Source of the DNA: Thermovirgaceae bacterium | Lineage (GTDB): Bacteria; Synergistota; Synergistia; Synergistales; Thermovirgaceae | Length of the DNA stretch: 64,000 nt | Direction of reading: 5' to 3' | Assembly (NCBI GenBank): GCA_035448245.1 | Contig: DAOTIQ010000001.1 | Span: 40,568 to 104,567 of the forward strand | In this document: positions 27,966-36,591 of the stretch, one piece after another | Position numbering within the stretch: the stretch's first letter is position 1 | Layout of the letters: each line of letters starts with the position of its first letter | Translations under genes and position numbers: made by a program | The notes under the pieces: model-generated | What the model was told of the DNA's origin: nothing | Seen by the model: only the letters and a program-made list of their open reading frames with translations | Databases searched by the model: none

Positions 27966-29804
27966 ATGATGGGAGTGAGTTTTTTGAGACCCAGAACGAT
28001 TTTGGCCATGATGTTACTGGTTCTATTTATGGGCCTCTGTGGTGTTGCGAATGCCCGCGATATACCCGCAGAGCTGGCGAGATCGCTGAGGGAAGCACCT
28101 TCCCTGGAATCTCTCGGCTCTGGCCAGGGCCTTGTGCTCCTTCGCGATATCAGCTACAGACTGCTTGCGGACGGAAGAATGGAGAGAACCACCCTATGGT
28201 TCATCCATGAAGAGAAGGGGCTGCCCGACAGCTGGAGAAAATGGGAGGTCGTTGTCCCCGAAGGAGGTGAGGCCTCCGTCGCCGAAGCTGGTCTGTATGA
28301 CCCCGGATCAGGGAAGATACAGTATCCCCTTATACCCAGGGAAACATCCAGAGACGGGGCTTCCCTTATCGAGGTAAGGGTTCCCAACAGCCTGGACGGA
28401 AATATTTTTGTCCTGTCCTACAGGCAGGTCTTCCCCACAAGGATGAACATCGAGGACTCTGTCCTAGTGGATCTTGATATTCCCCAGTGGGAACAGAGGA
28501 TAACCCTGAAGGTTCCCTCTGGCACTCTTCCTGAGTGGAGCGGAGAAGGTATTCCGGACCCGCAGGTGGAAAAAGGGAGTTCGACCGACAGTTATTCCTG
28601 GTCGATAGTCAATACACTGGCAAGGGAAAACGGCACCCTTTCCGCCGAACCGGGAAGGGTCCTCGTCCTGAGCCTTCGGAAGGGGCTTCGTTACTCCCTG
28701 GCAGAGGCGATGTCCGTGGCTGATTCAATCGGGGTGTCACCTCCTTCGCAGGTGGTCTCCATGTTGTCTGACCAGAACAGGACCAGGGGGGGAGAACGGG
28801 TCATTGATTTCGTCAACGACCCTTCCCTGATCATCAGAGGCCTCCCCGAGATCCTGGCAAGGCCGGTTGAACTTATTCCGGCCGAAGGACCCTGGACAGA
28901 ATGGGAGGCAGCATTCCTGCTGGCGAACTGGCTTAAGAAAGCCGACTGGGGGGCTGATATACTCTGGGAGGCGCGAACGACCCTTAGGGACGATTCGCCC
29001 GCTACGATAACATCTTTGAGAAAGCCGGTTCTTGCACTTACTCCTCCGGGGGGAAAACAGTTCATGTTCGAGATCGGTCAGGGGGTTAAACCGGGACAGG
29101 TGCCGCCCCGTCTCTGGGGAAGGACTCTATATTCTCTTGACGGGAACACAGTACTGAGACGTCAGATACCGGCAGGAGGGCCCGCAGACCACAGGCTTTC
29201 CTTTAACTGGAAGCTGGGTCTCTCACCGGAAGGCTTTGCAGAGGGAGATCTGGTCATCAATGTCAGGGGAGCCTGGGTCGACACCATCTCCGCCGGGAAT
29301 CTTCCCGATGAGAAACAGGCCCTGGATATGCTCATGGCTTTTGGATGGCCATCCACGCCTGGAATGCCCGGAGGTGAAGCTGTTGTGGAACCTGCTGGAA
29401 GCGGGTTCAGGATCACTCTGCCGGTCAGGGCACAGATGGGAATACCCTCAGGTGAGGGTTTGCTGATGAGGATGCCTTCCGCTCTGATGCCATGGCAGAT
29501 GATCATTGCCGAGAAGGGGGTTTCAGGGGGGATAAGGTTCCCCTTTGTTTATGAACAATCGATAGAAATAGAACTTCCGGAAGGCTTTGAAGTCATGGTT
29601 CTTCCGGTCCTCAGGCCTGTGGAAGCAGGCTCTGTGAAAACAGGAGAGAGCCTCAGGGTCAAAAAAGGCAGGACTCTGGTCGGAGAGCAGAAGGTGGTTA
29701 TATCGTCGGCAAGAATGGATGATCAGACCAGGCAAGTTTTTGCCAACTCCATCCGGCAGGGTCTGGGCTGGTCGGGTATCACCGTTCCAATGAGGAAAAG
29801 GTAG
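27966..29804 (+). CDS. large hypothetical exported protein (about 610 aa)
   Basis: Signal peptide ...LLVLFMGLCGVANA|RD and no catalytic motif recognised. A vague DUF3857-like feel at the N-terminus is unverified. Confidence 0.55.
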   Translation: MMGVSFLRPRTILAMMLLVLFMGLCGVANARDIPAELARSLREAPSLESLGSGQGLVLLRDISYRLLADGRMERTTLWFIHEEKGLPDSWRKWEVVVPEGGEASVAEAGLYDPGSGKIQYPLIPRETSRDGASLIEVRVPNSLDGNIFVLSYRQVFPTRMNIEDSVLVDLDIPQWEQRITLKVPSGTLPEWSGEGIPDPQVEKGSSTDSYSWSIVNTLARENGTLSAEPGRVLVLSLRKGLRYSLAEAMSVADSIGVSPPSQVVSMLSDQNRTRGGERVIDFVNDPSLIIRGLPEILARPVELIPAEGPWTEWEAAFLLANWLKKADWGADILWEARTTLRDDSPATITSLRKPVLALTPPGGKQFMFEIGQGVKPGQVPPRLWGRTLYSLDGNTVLRRQIPAGGPADHRLSFNWKLGLSPEGFAEGDLVINVRGAWVDTISAGNLPDEKQALDMLMAFGWPSTPGMPGGEAVVEPAGSGFRITLPVRAQMGIPSGEGLLMRMPSALMPWQMIIAEKGVSGGIRFPFVYEQSIEIELPEGFEVMVLPVLRPVEAGSVKTGESLRVKKGRTLVGEQKVVISSARMDDQTRQVFANSIRQGLGWSGITVPMRKR

Positions 29805-29821
29805 CGAAACGGGGTGAGATC

Positions 29822-31501
29822 ATGAAAAGGGATATTACTGAAGTATTGAGGGAAATGCTCGAAAGATCCATAGGTAAAATGGCTTGCGAGAGGGGTATCG
29901 AGTTCAGGGAGGGGCCCGGAATAGAGATTGAGAGGACAAGGCGCGAGGGCCAGGGCGACTGGGCCACGAACGCTGCCATGCAGTGGGCGAGGATCTTCAG
30001 GGAAAAACCCCTGTCAATAGCGGAGAAGATCGTTTCGGGTCTGGAGGGTGATCCCCTTATCGAAAAGATCGAAATAGCGGGGCCTGGTTTTATCAATTTC
30101 TACCTTTCCGATTCCTGGATGTCGGGGATCCTCGGCCATATTCTGGAACATGGAGATGACTTCGGACGTGTGGACACGGGAGGCGGCAGGAAGGTGCAGG
30201 TTGAGTTCGTCAGCGCAAACCCGACAGGCCCCCTTCACGTCGGACACGGCAGAGGAGCAGCTGTAGGCGATATATGCGCCCGGATACTATCCTTCGCGGG
30301 ATGGGATGTTCAGAGGGAGTATTACATCAACGACGCAGGTCTTCAGATGGATCTTCTTGGCCGTTCAACCCAGGCAAGGTATTTCGAAATAGGGGGTTCC
30401 CCGGAGAAGGCCCCATTCCCGGAAGACGGTTACAAGGGAGACTATATCTATGATCTTGCCAGAGATGTGATGAATTCCGAGGGGGACAGGTTTCTCCTGG
30501 AGTCTCCGGATGATTCCTTTCCTTTTTTCAAGGATTTTGCTGGAAAAGTTATTCTTGATGGTATAAAGAAGGATCTTTCTGATTTTGGCGTCGAATTCGA
30601 TGTGTGGTTTTCCGAGAGATCCCTCTACGATGGAGTCAGGGTTCCCGCAATGCTCGAAACGCTGAAAAAGAACGGGTTTGCCTTCGATTCCGAGGGAGCG
30701 ACGTGGTTCAAGGCGACTGCTTTTTCCGATGACAAGGACAGGGTGCTGATAAGGAGCAACGGCGTCCCGACCTACTTCGCTTCCGATATCGCGTATCACA
30801 AGGACAAGTATGACAGAGGGTTCGATATGGTTATCGATGTCTGGGGCGCTGACCATCACGGCTATATCCCCAGGATGAAAGCAGCAGTCCAGGCCCTCGG
30901 AAGGAAAGAGTCCGATCTGCAAATACTCCTGATCCAGTTCGTTAATCTTCTGCGCGGGGGTCGCCAGGTTTCCATGTCGACCCGATCGGGAGAGTTTGTA
31001 ACTCTCAGGGAGGTCATTGACGAGGTTGGGGTAAGTGCCACGCGTTACTTTTTTGCGATGAGACGATCGGACAGTCATCTGGACTTTGATCTTGATCTGG
31101 CAAAGAGTTCTTCTAACGAAAATCCTGTATTTTATGTTCAGTATGCCCATGCGAGAATACACAGCATCTTAAGGGAAGCCGAGTCAAGGGAGACAATTGT
31201 GCCATCTTTCGATGAAGCCAATATTTCTCTTCTTGAAGAACCGGAAGAGATCGCTCTTATCAAGAGGCTTTCAGCGTTCCCCGAAGAAGTTGAAAAAGCC
31301 GCGGATGACCTGTCTCCTCACAGGATCGTTTACTACGCCTATGATCTCGCGGGAGATTTCCACACTTTCTACAACGCTCATCGTGTCCTGGGGGTTGAGC
31401 CAGACCTGGAGAAAGCCAGACTGCTTCTCTCCGAGGCCACGCGCATTGTTCTTTCCAACGCGCTCAATCTTCTGGGGATAAGTGCTCCGGAGCAGATGTA
31501 G
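29822..31501 (+). CDS. argS: arginine--tRNA ligase
   Basis: Carries SANPTGPLHVGHGRGAA (HIGH region), a class I ligase core, and the C-terminal DALR anticodon-binding domain. Confidence 0.96.
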   Translation: MKRDITEVLREMLERSIGKMACERGIEFREGPGIEIERTRREGQGDWATNAAMQWARIFREKPLSIAEKIVSGLEGDPLIEKIEIAGPGFINFYLSDSWMSGILGHILEHGDDFGRVDTGGGRKVQVEFVSANPTGPLHVGHGRGAAVGDICARILSFAGWDVQREYYINDAGLQMDLLGRSTQARYFEIGGSPEKAPFPEDGYKGDYIYDLARDVMNSEGDRFLLESPDDSFPFFKDFAGKVILDGIKKDLSDFGVEFDVWFSERSLYDGVRVPAMLETLKKNGFAFDSEGATWFKATAFSDDKDRVLIRSNGVPTYFASDIAYHKDKYDRGFDMVIDVWGADHHGYIPRMKAAVQALGRKESDLQILLIQFVNLLRGGRQVSMSTRSGEFVTLREVIDEVGVSATRYFFAMRRSDSHLDFDLDLAKSSSNENPVFYVQYAHARIHSILREAESRETIVPSFDEANISLLEEPEEIALIKRLSAFPEEVEKAADDLSPHRIVYYAYDLAGDFHTFYNAHRVLGVEPDLEKARLLLSEATRIVLSNALNLLGISAPEQM

Positions 31502-31503
31502 AG

Positions 31504-31809
31504 ATGATCCGGCTTCGCTGGGTCGCGCTTATCGCCGCGGGGTTGTGTTTCCTGGCAATAGTCGGAACTGCGTATGTGCTTGAGCTCAGAAAAATAAGCA
31601 GGCTGAGCGGTATCATCGACGAGCGAATGGACAGGCTTGTAACAATGACAAGAGATGTCCAGATACTTAAGGAAAAGATCATTTTCTACAGGACACCTGA
31701 AGGAGTGGCGAGGCTGGCCAGAGAGCAGTTCAACCTTACCTATCCCGATGAGTGGATATTTAGAATTGAGATAGTGTCCGAAGATGCCTTGCCGCAGGAA
31801 GGGCATTAG
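31504..31809 (+). CDS. septum formation initiator family protein (FtsB/DivIC-like)
   Basis: About 100 aa with a single N-terminal TM, a coiled coil, and the C-terminal GVARLAREQFNL..PDE motif. Confidence 0.8.
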   Translation: MIRLRWVALIAAGLCFLAIVGTAYVLELRKISRLSGIIDERMDRLVTMTRDVQILKEKIIFYRTPEGVARLAREQFNLTYPDEWIFRIEIVSEDALPQEGH

Positions 31810-31817
31810 CGTATAAT
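31789..31817 (+). promoter_or_regulatory. sigma-70-type promoter of the rpsF-ssb-rpsR operon (TTGCCG-17 nt-TATAAT)
   Basis: Read directly from the sequence: TTGCCG at 31789-31794 and TATAAT at 31812-31817. Confidence 0.55.
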
Positions 31818-31835
31818 ACCCTGCTGTATGTCCCT

Positions 31836-31857
31836 GTCTCTCCAGGTGAGGAGAGAC
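31836..31857 (+). promoter_or_regulatory. 5'-UTR hairpin of rpsF (candidate S6:S18 autoregulatory leader)
   Basis: 8-bp stem gtctctcc / ggagagac with loop aggtga, between the promoter and the RBS GAGGAGG. Confidence 0.35.
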
Positions 31858-31885
31858 CATAGGCCATGGGGAGGAGGTGAAATAC

Positions 31886-32170
31886 GTGCGACCTTACGAA
31901 ATGGTTACAATCTTCCAGGCTGACCTGGAGGATCACAAGACCGCTGTTGAGGATATCGAAGGGGTCGTGCGCAACCTGGGAGGAGAGATCGAAAAGAGCA
32001 GTTCCTGGGGGAAAAGGCGTTTTGCCTATCCCATCCAGAAACAGACCGAGGGTTTTTATGCGGTTCTCAATTTCAGTCTCGACCCCTCGCAGGTTCGCGA
32101 ACTTGAGCGTCTGCTGAAGCTCAAAACACAGGTTATACGGCACCTGGTTATCGCTCTTGAAGAAGCCTAG
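31886..32170 (+). CDS. rpsF: 30S ribosomal protein S6
   Basis: (M)RPYEMVTIFQ... is the typical S6 N-terminus. GTG31886 lies 8 nt after GAGGAGG; GTG31877 abuts the RBS. Confidence 0.92.
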   Translation: MRPYEMVTIFQADLEDHKTAVEDIEGVVRNLGGEIEKSSSWGKRRFAYPIQKQTEGFYAVLNFSLDPSQVRELERLLKLKTQVIRHLVIALEEA

Positions 32171-32182
32171 GGAGTGATTCTG

Positions 32183-32671
32183 ATGGCAAGAGGATTCAAC
32201 AAGACGATATTGATGGGGAACCTTGCCCGTGATCCTGAGGTCAGGTATACGACCTCAAAACAGGCTGTGGCAAAAATGACGGTGGCAGTCAATCGCCAGT
32301 GGAAAAACAAGGACGGCGAGGTCCAGGACCAGGCCGACTTTATTCCCGTAGTTGTCTGGGGATCCCAGGCGGAGAATTGCGAAAGATTCCTTCGAAAGGG
32401 GAGTCCTGTCCTTGTCGAGGGGAGGATACAGGTTCGCAGTTACGAAGCCGGATCGGGCGAGCGACGATGGGTTACCGAAGTTGTGGCCCAGGGGGTGACA
32501 TTTCTCGGAACCCGAAAAGATAGCGATGGTTATTCCCAGGAGACGGCCCAGGGATCCGGGAGCAGGTCAGGGAGCCTCAGGGAAAAAGGTTTCGGCGATG
32601 ATTTTGTTATGGACATATCCGAAGTCAATAATGATGGAGAAGAAGGGGAGGAAGCTGATATTCCCTTCTAG
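32183..32671 (+). CDS. ssb: single-stranded DNA-binding protein
   Basis: [21 protein letters not shown]-fold start, a Gly/Ser-rich tail and the acidic tip ending DIPF. Confidence 0.95.
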   Translation: MARGFNKTILMGNLARDPEVRYTTSKQAVAKMTVAVNRQWKNKDGEVQDQADFIPVVVWGSQAENCERFLRKGSPVLVEGRIQVRSYEAGSGERRWVTEVVAQGVTFLGTRKDSDGYSQETAQGSGSRSGSLREKGFGDDFVMDISEVNNDGEEGEEADIPF

Positions 32672-32706
32672 CAGGGGGCGGTTCACCGCCCGAAAGGAGG
32701 ATCGCG

Positions 32707-32958
32707 ATGGCCTTTACGCCTCGCAACAATTCTTCAAAGCGCACAAAGAGAAGAAAGCCCAAGGTGTGCCAGTTCTGTGTTGACAAGGTTGGTCACATTG
32801 ACTACAAAGAGGTTGATAAACTCAAGAAGTTTCTCAGTGAAAGAGGGAAAATTGTCCCGAGAAGGGTCACTGGAAACTGTGCCAAACACCAGAGGCAGCT
32901 CACGGAAGCGATAAAGCGGGTACGTTATCTGGCGCTCCTTCCCTATAGCGCCGAGTAG
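32707..32958 (+). CDS. rpsR: 30S ribosomal protein S18
   Basis: K.C.FC.......IDYK....L..F....GKI.PRR.TG.CAKHQR.L..AIKR.R.LALLPY. Confidence 0.95.
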   Translation: MAFTPRNNSSKRTKRRKPKVCQFCVDKVGHIDYKEVDKLKKFLSERGKIVPRRVTGNCAKHQRQLTEAIKRVRYLALLPYSAE

Positions 32959-32980
32959 TCTGACCGCTAAAGATTTTTTC

Positions 32981-33008
32981 GGGGGGAGAGGCCATGGCTT
33001 CTCCCCCC
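32981..33008 (+). other. stable GC hairpin between rpsR and yybS
   Basis: 9-bp stem ggggggaga / tctcccccc with a 10-nt loop and no downstream U-tract. The ORF-track ATG32994 sits in the loop. Confidence 0.4.
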
Positions 33009-33029
33009 TATTCGTTCAGGAGGTCTGCT

Positions 33030-33989
33030 ATGGACAGAACCAGGGAACTGGTAGAATCCTCTCTTCTTGTCGCTCTTGCAGCCGCTCTTTTCCTCGCTGG
33101 CAACTTTCTTCCCCTGGTAGGGATGGCCTTTTCGCTTGTTTGCCCGGCACCGCTGGTGATTCTGGGACTCAGACACAGCCTTGGCAGATCGATCCTGGGG
33201 GTGATCGTGGCCACGGTAATTGTGGCGGTATTTACCGGCGTCGTAGGAGCTCTCTTCTTCTGTCTTGGTTTCGGTTCCCTGGGTATCGCCCTCGGTTTTT
33301 TTGCAAGGCGCTACGACAGGGCTGTGGATATAATACTCTACGGAATTCTCGTATCCCTGGGGAGCAAGCTCATCCTGATGTTCCTGGTTGTGAAGGTGAC
33401 GGGAATAAACCCGTTTTCGCTGGATGAGGCAGAGTTGCTTTCAGTAATGGACAAGATCGGCTCCGTATATTCTTCGATGGGGTTGCCGGAAGACGCGGTG
33501 TCCTCGGTTTCCGAACAGATGCGATTGGCCCTGGGCCTTGTACCTGTTATTTTCCCGTCACTGCTTGTCATGGCCGCCACAGTGGACTGTTTCCTCAGTT
33601 ATTTGGTCAGTGGAGTCGTACTGAAAAAACTGGGAAAGGAGAGAGTCCCCGAGGTTCCGGGATTTTCGGAGTGGCGTTTCCCGAAAAGCATTTTCCTTGC
33701 CCTTCTCGCATCGATAGCGATGCATTTTGCGGGTTCCTGGTATCCCTCACTTTCCCTGTTTCAGAGGGCGGGACTCAATCTGCGTCTTCTCGTCACGGTT
33801 CTTTTCTTTATCCAGGGTCTTGCTGTAGTGTGGAGTTTCATGAGAGCCAGGGGGCTAGGCCGTTTCCTGAGAATAACATTTACCATGTTGATAATTCTTG
33901 TATCTTTTCTTGCGCAGATAGCCCTGATATTGGGTATCATTGACATGTGGTTTGATCTGCGCACAAGGTTCCGGGGGGGAAAAGCATGA
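33030..33989 (+). CDS. YybS family (DUF2232) integral membrane protein
   Basis: Polytopic membrane protein in the conserved rpsR-yybS-(gdpP)-rplI-dnaB slot. ATG33030 lies 6 nt after CAGGAGG. Confidence 0.75.
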   Translation: MDRTRELVESSLLVALAAALFLAGNFLPLVGMAFSLVCPAPLVILGLRHSLGRSILGVIVATVIVAVFTGVVGALFFCLGFGSLGIALGFFARRYDRAVDIILYGILVSLGSKLILMFLVVKVTGINPFSLDEAELLSVMDKIGSVYSSMGLPEDAVSSVSEQMRLALGLVPVIFPSLLVMAATVDCFLSYLVSGVVLKKLGKERVPEVPGFSEWRFPKSIFLALLASIAMHFAGSWYPSLSLFQRAGLNLRLLVTVLFFIQGLAVVWSFMRARGLGRFLRITFTMLIILVSFLAQIALILGIIDMWFDLRTRFRGGKA

Positions 33990-34441
33990 AGGTCATTCTT
34001 TTGAGCGATGTGGCAAAACTTGGCAGGAAGGGGGACCTCATAGAGGTCTCCGAGGGTTACGGCAGGAACTACCTCGTGCCCAGGAAGATGGCCGAAGAGG
34101 CCACCAGGGAGAAACTTGAGGAGTGGAAACAGCGCCAGAACGCTATGGAAAAAAAAGCCAGGAAGGAAGAAGAAGAGGCGCGAACCCACAGGAACTTGAT
34201 CCAGGGTAAGCAGGTTGTCCTCAGGGCGACTGCCGGAGACAAGGGCAAGCTCTTCGGCAGCGTGACCGCTGCCCAGATCGCCGACGGCATAAAGGAGAAA
34301 TTCGGGATAGATGTGGACCGCAAGGATATCCGTCTTCCTGGGCAGATCAAGGAGGTGGGCTCATATCCTCTGTCGATAAAGCTTTATTCAGGGGTTGAGG
34401 CCGAAATGACCGTTCTTGTGGAGGCCGAAAAAGTTGAGTGA
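33986..34441 (+). CDS. rplI: 50S ribosomal protein L9
   Basis: MKVILLSDVAKLGRKGDLIEVSEGYGRNYLVPRKMA; ATGA overlap with yybS. Confidence 0.96.
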   Translation: MKVILLSDVAKLGRKGDLIEVSEGYGRNYLVPRKMAEEATREKLEEWKQRQNAMEKKARKEEEEARTHRNLIQGKQVVLRATAGDKGKLFGSVTAAQIADGIKEKFGIDVDRKDIRLPGQIKEVGSYPLSIKLYSGVEAEMTVLVEAEKVE

Positions 34442-35783
34442 CCGCCTCTTTGAGAGGATTCCTCCCCATAGTATCGAAGCAGAAAGGGCTGTCCTGGGTG
34501 ATTGTCTGCTTGATCAGGACGCGCTGACCATTACCCTTGATTACCTTCTTCCCGATGATTTTTACGATGGGAGCCACAGGAAAGCCTTCAGCGTAATGAG
34601 AGAGATGGCAGAGAAGGGTAAGCCCGTGGATCCACTGACCTTTCTCGATGAACTTTCAAGGAGGGGTCTTGTCGAGTCTCTGGGGGGACAGGCCTTTATT
34701 GCCGGGTTTGTAGATTCGGTTCCAACGACGGCGAACGTGGAGTACCACGTCAGGATTGTAAGAGACAAATCTGTCCATCGCAGGCTTATACAGGTCGGGG
34801 CGGAGATAGCAAGGCTGGGATATTCCGAGGACAGGGAACTTGAGGAAGTCCTCGACGAGGCGGAGAGATCCGTTTTTGAAATATCACAGCGAGGAAGCCA
34901 GGTTCCATACCGGAGGGTTGGGGATGTTCTTGGTCCGGCATTCCATGAGATCGAGGAAAAATTTCATTCGCCCGACAGTTCTGTGACGGGAATACCAAGC
35001 GGATTCAGTGATTTTGAGAGGCTGACGGGGGGATTCCAGCCGGGGAGCCTGAATATCATTGCTGCCAGGCCTTCAATGGGTAAGACTGCCCTTGCTCTTG
35101 ATATTGCCATGAACGCATCCGTGGAAAGGGACATACCGGTCCTGATGTTCAGTCTTGAGATGGGTTCGGAACAACTCGTCCAGAGAATGCTGGGTTCCAG
35201 AGCGAAGGTCAATATTCATGATCTTCGGACTGGAATGTTCCACGAGAATGCCTGGGGTGACCTGGCCCAGGCCGCGGGGGATCTTTCCAGGGCTCCCTTT
35301 TACATCGACGACAGTTCCGTGCTATCCACCCTGGAGATGAGGGCGAGATGCAGACGGTTCAAATCGCAGGTGTTGAAAACGGGGGGAGGACTGATCGTTG
35401 TGGATTACCTCCAGTTGATGCAGTTCTCCCGCAGGATAGAGAGCAAACAGCAGGAAGTGGCGGAAATATCGAGATCCCTCAAGGCAATAGCCCGGGAACT
35501 GGATGTTCCTGTAATTGCGCTTTCCCAGCTTTCCAGGGCGGTGGAGTCCAGGAACGAGAAGCGGCCACAGTTGTCGGATCTGAGGGACAGCGGCGCGATC
35601 GAGCAGGATGCCGACCTCGTGGTGCTTCTTTACAGGTCGGGTTATTACGAATCTGCCCAGGAGGAGGATGACGCCACCGCCGAGGTGATCATTGCCAAGC
35701 ACAGGAACGGTCCGACGGGAACCGTAAGGCTGACCTTCTTCAAGGAGCACGCCAGGTTCGCAAACCAGGCGTGGAGTAACTGA
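34434..35783 (+). CDS. dnaB: replicative DNA helicase DnaB
   Basis: IPPHSIEAERAVLG N-terminus, Walker A ARPSMGKTA, and the RecA-like C-domain. TTG34434 lies 9 nt after GGAGG; TTG34416 is the alternative. No intein. Confidence 0.94.
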   Translation: MSDRLFERIPPHSIEAERAVLGDCLLDQDALTITLDYLLPDDFYDGSHRKAFSVMREMAEKGKPVDPLTFLDELSRRGLVESLGGQAFIAGFVDSVPTTANVEYHVRIVRDKSVHRRLIQVGAEIARLGYSEDRELEEVLDEAERSVFEISQRGSQVPYRRVGDVLGPAFHEIEEKFHSPDSSVTGIPSGFSDFERLTGGFQPGSLNIIAARPSMGKTALALDIAMNASVERDIPVLMFSLEMGSEQLVQRMLGSRAKVNIHDLRTGMFHENAWGDLAQAAGDLSRAPFYIDDSSVLSTLEMRARCRRFKSQVLKTGGGLIVVDYLQLMQFSRRIESKQQEVAEISRSLKAIARELDVPVIALSQLSRAVESRNEKRPQLSDLRDSGAIEQDADLVVLLYRSGYYESAQEEDDATAEVIIAKHRNGPTGTVRLTFFKEHARFANQAWSN

Positions 35784-35802
35784 GGAACGGGCGGGGTCTG
35801 TC

Positions 35803-36591
35803 ATGGAGCTCAACGGACTGCTCAAAGTCAGTCCCGAAATAATTGACAGGGATCCCGATCAGCCGCGGAGAATATTCGACGAGGCTGCTCTGAAAGGGCT
35901 GGCAAGGTCCATAACCGAAGTGGGCCTGCTTCAACCACTCCTGGTACGCGGTAAAGGTAACAGGTTCTGCCTGATAGCTGGAGAAAGGAGACTTATTGCC
36001 TCCAGGATGGCTGGACTGGATTCCGTTCCTGTGGTCGTGGTCGACCCCGATCCCGCTCTGCGCTCGGTCCTCGCACTGGTGGAAAACATTCATCGCAAGG
36101 ACCTTTCCTCACTCGAACAGGCAAAGGCCATTGGCGGGATAATAGAAAAAACGGGTTGGACCCAGTCGGAGACAGGCAGGAGGATCGGACTTTCGCAGCC
36201 CTCGATAGCGAACAAAATGCGCCTTCTCGATCTGGATGAAAGGGTTCAGGAAATGGTTCTTGATGGGACATTGGGAGAGCGTCATGCAAGGGCACTGATA
36301 CCACTTTCCCCTCAGATACAAAGGGAGATTGCCGAAAGATCCGTCCGGGAGGGTCTTACTGCAAGGGCCATCGAGAAGATCGCTGCCCGTGCCCGTAAAG
36401 GCACCGCTGATGACGACGTACAGAAAAAAGCATCCTTGCTCCAGAAGGAGATAATGTCCGAGATCTCCGAGGCTGTACGGAGAAGGCGGGAAAAGGGGCT
36501 CGATGTAAGGATGAAGATCAGAACCGTCGGGAGCCACAAACGCAGACTCGAGATCCTCGTTACAATTGAAAACGAAGAGGCTCTTCAGTGA
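35803..36591 (+). CDS. ParB/Spo0J/Noc family protein (no adjacent ParA)
   Basis: ParB N-domain with the LIAGERRLIAS arginine patch, and HTH QSETGRRIGLSQPSIANKMRLL...GERHARAL. Confidence 0.82.
   Translation: MELNGLLKVSPEIIDRDPDQPRRIFDEAALKGLARSITEVGLLQPLLVRGKGNRFCLIAGERRLIASRMAGLDSVPVVVVDPDPALRSVLALVENIHRKDLSSLEQAKAIGGIIEKTGWTQSETGRRIGLSQPSIANKMRLLDLDERVQEMVLDGTLGERHARALIPLSPQIQREIAERSVREGLTARAIEKIAARARKGTADDDVQKKASLLQKEIMSEISEAVRRRREKGLDVRMKIRTVGSHKRRLEILVTIENEEALQ

Noticed and set aside
32994-33029. ATG32994 as the start of yybS
   Set aside because: - This ATG lies in the loop of a 9-bp G/C hairpin.
- The downstream ATG33030 has a perfectly spaced CAGGAGG.
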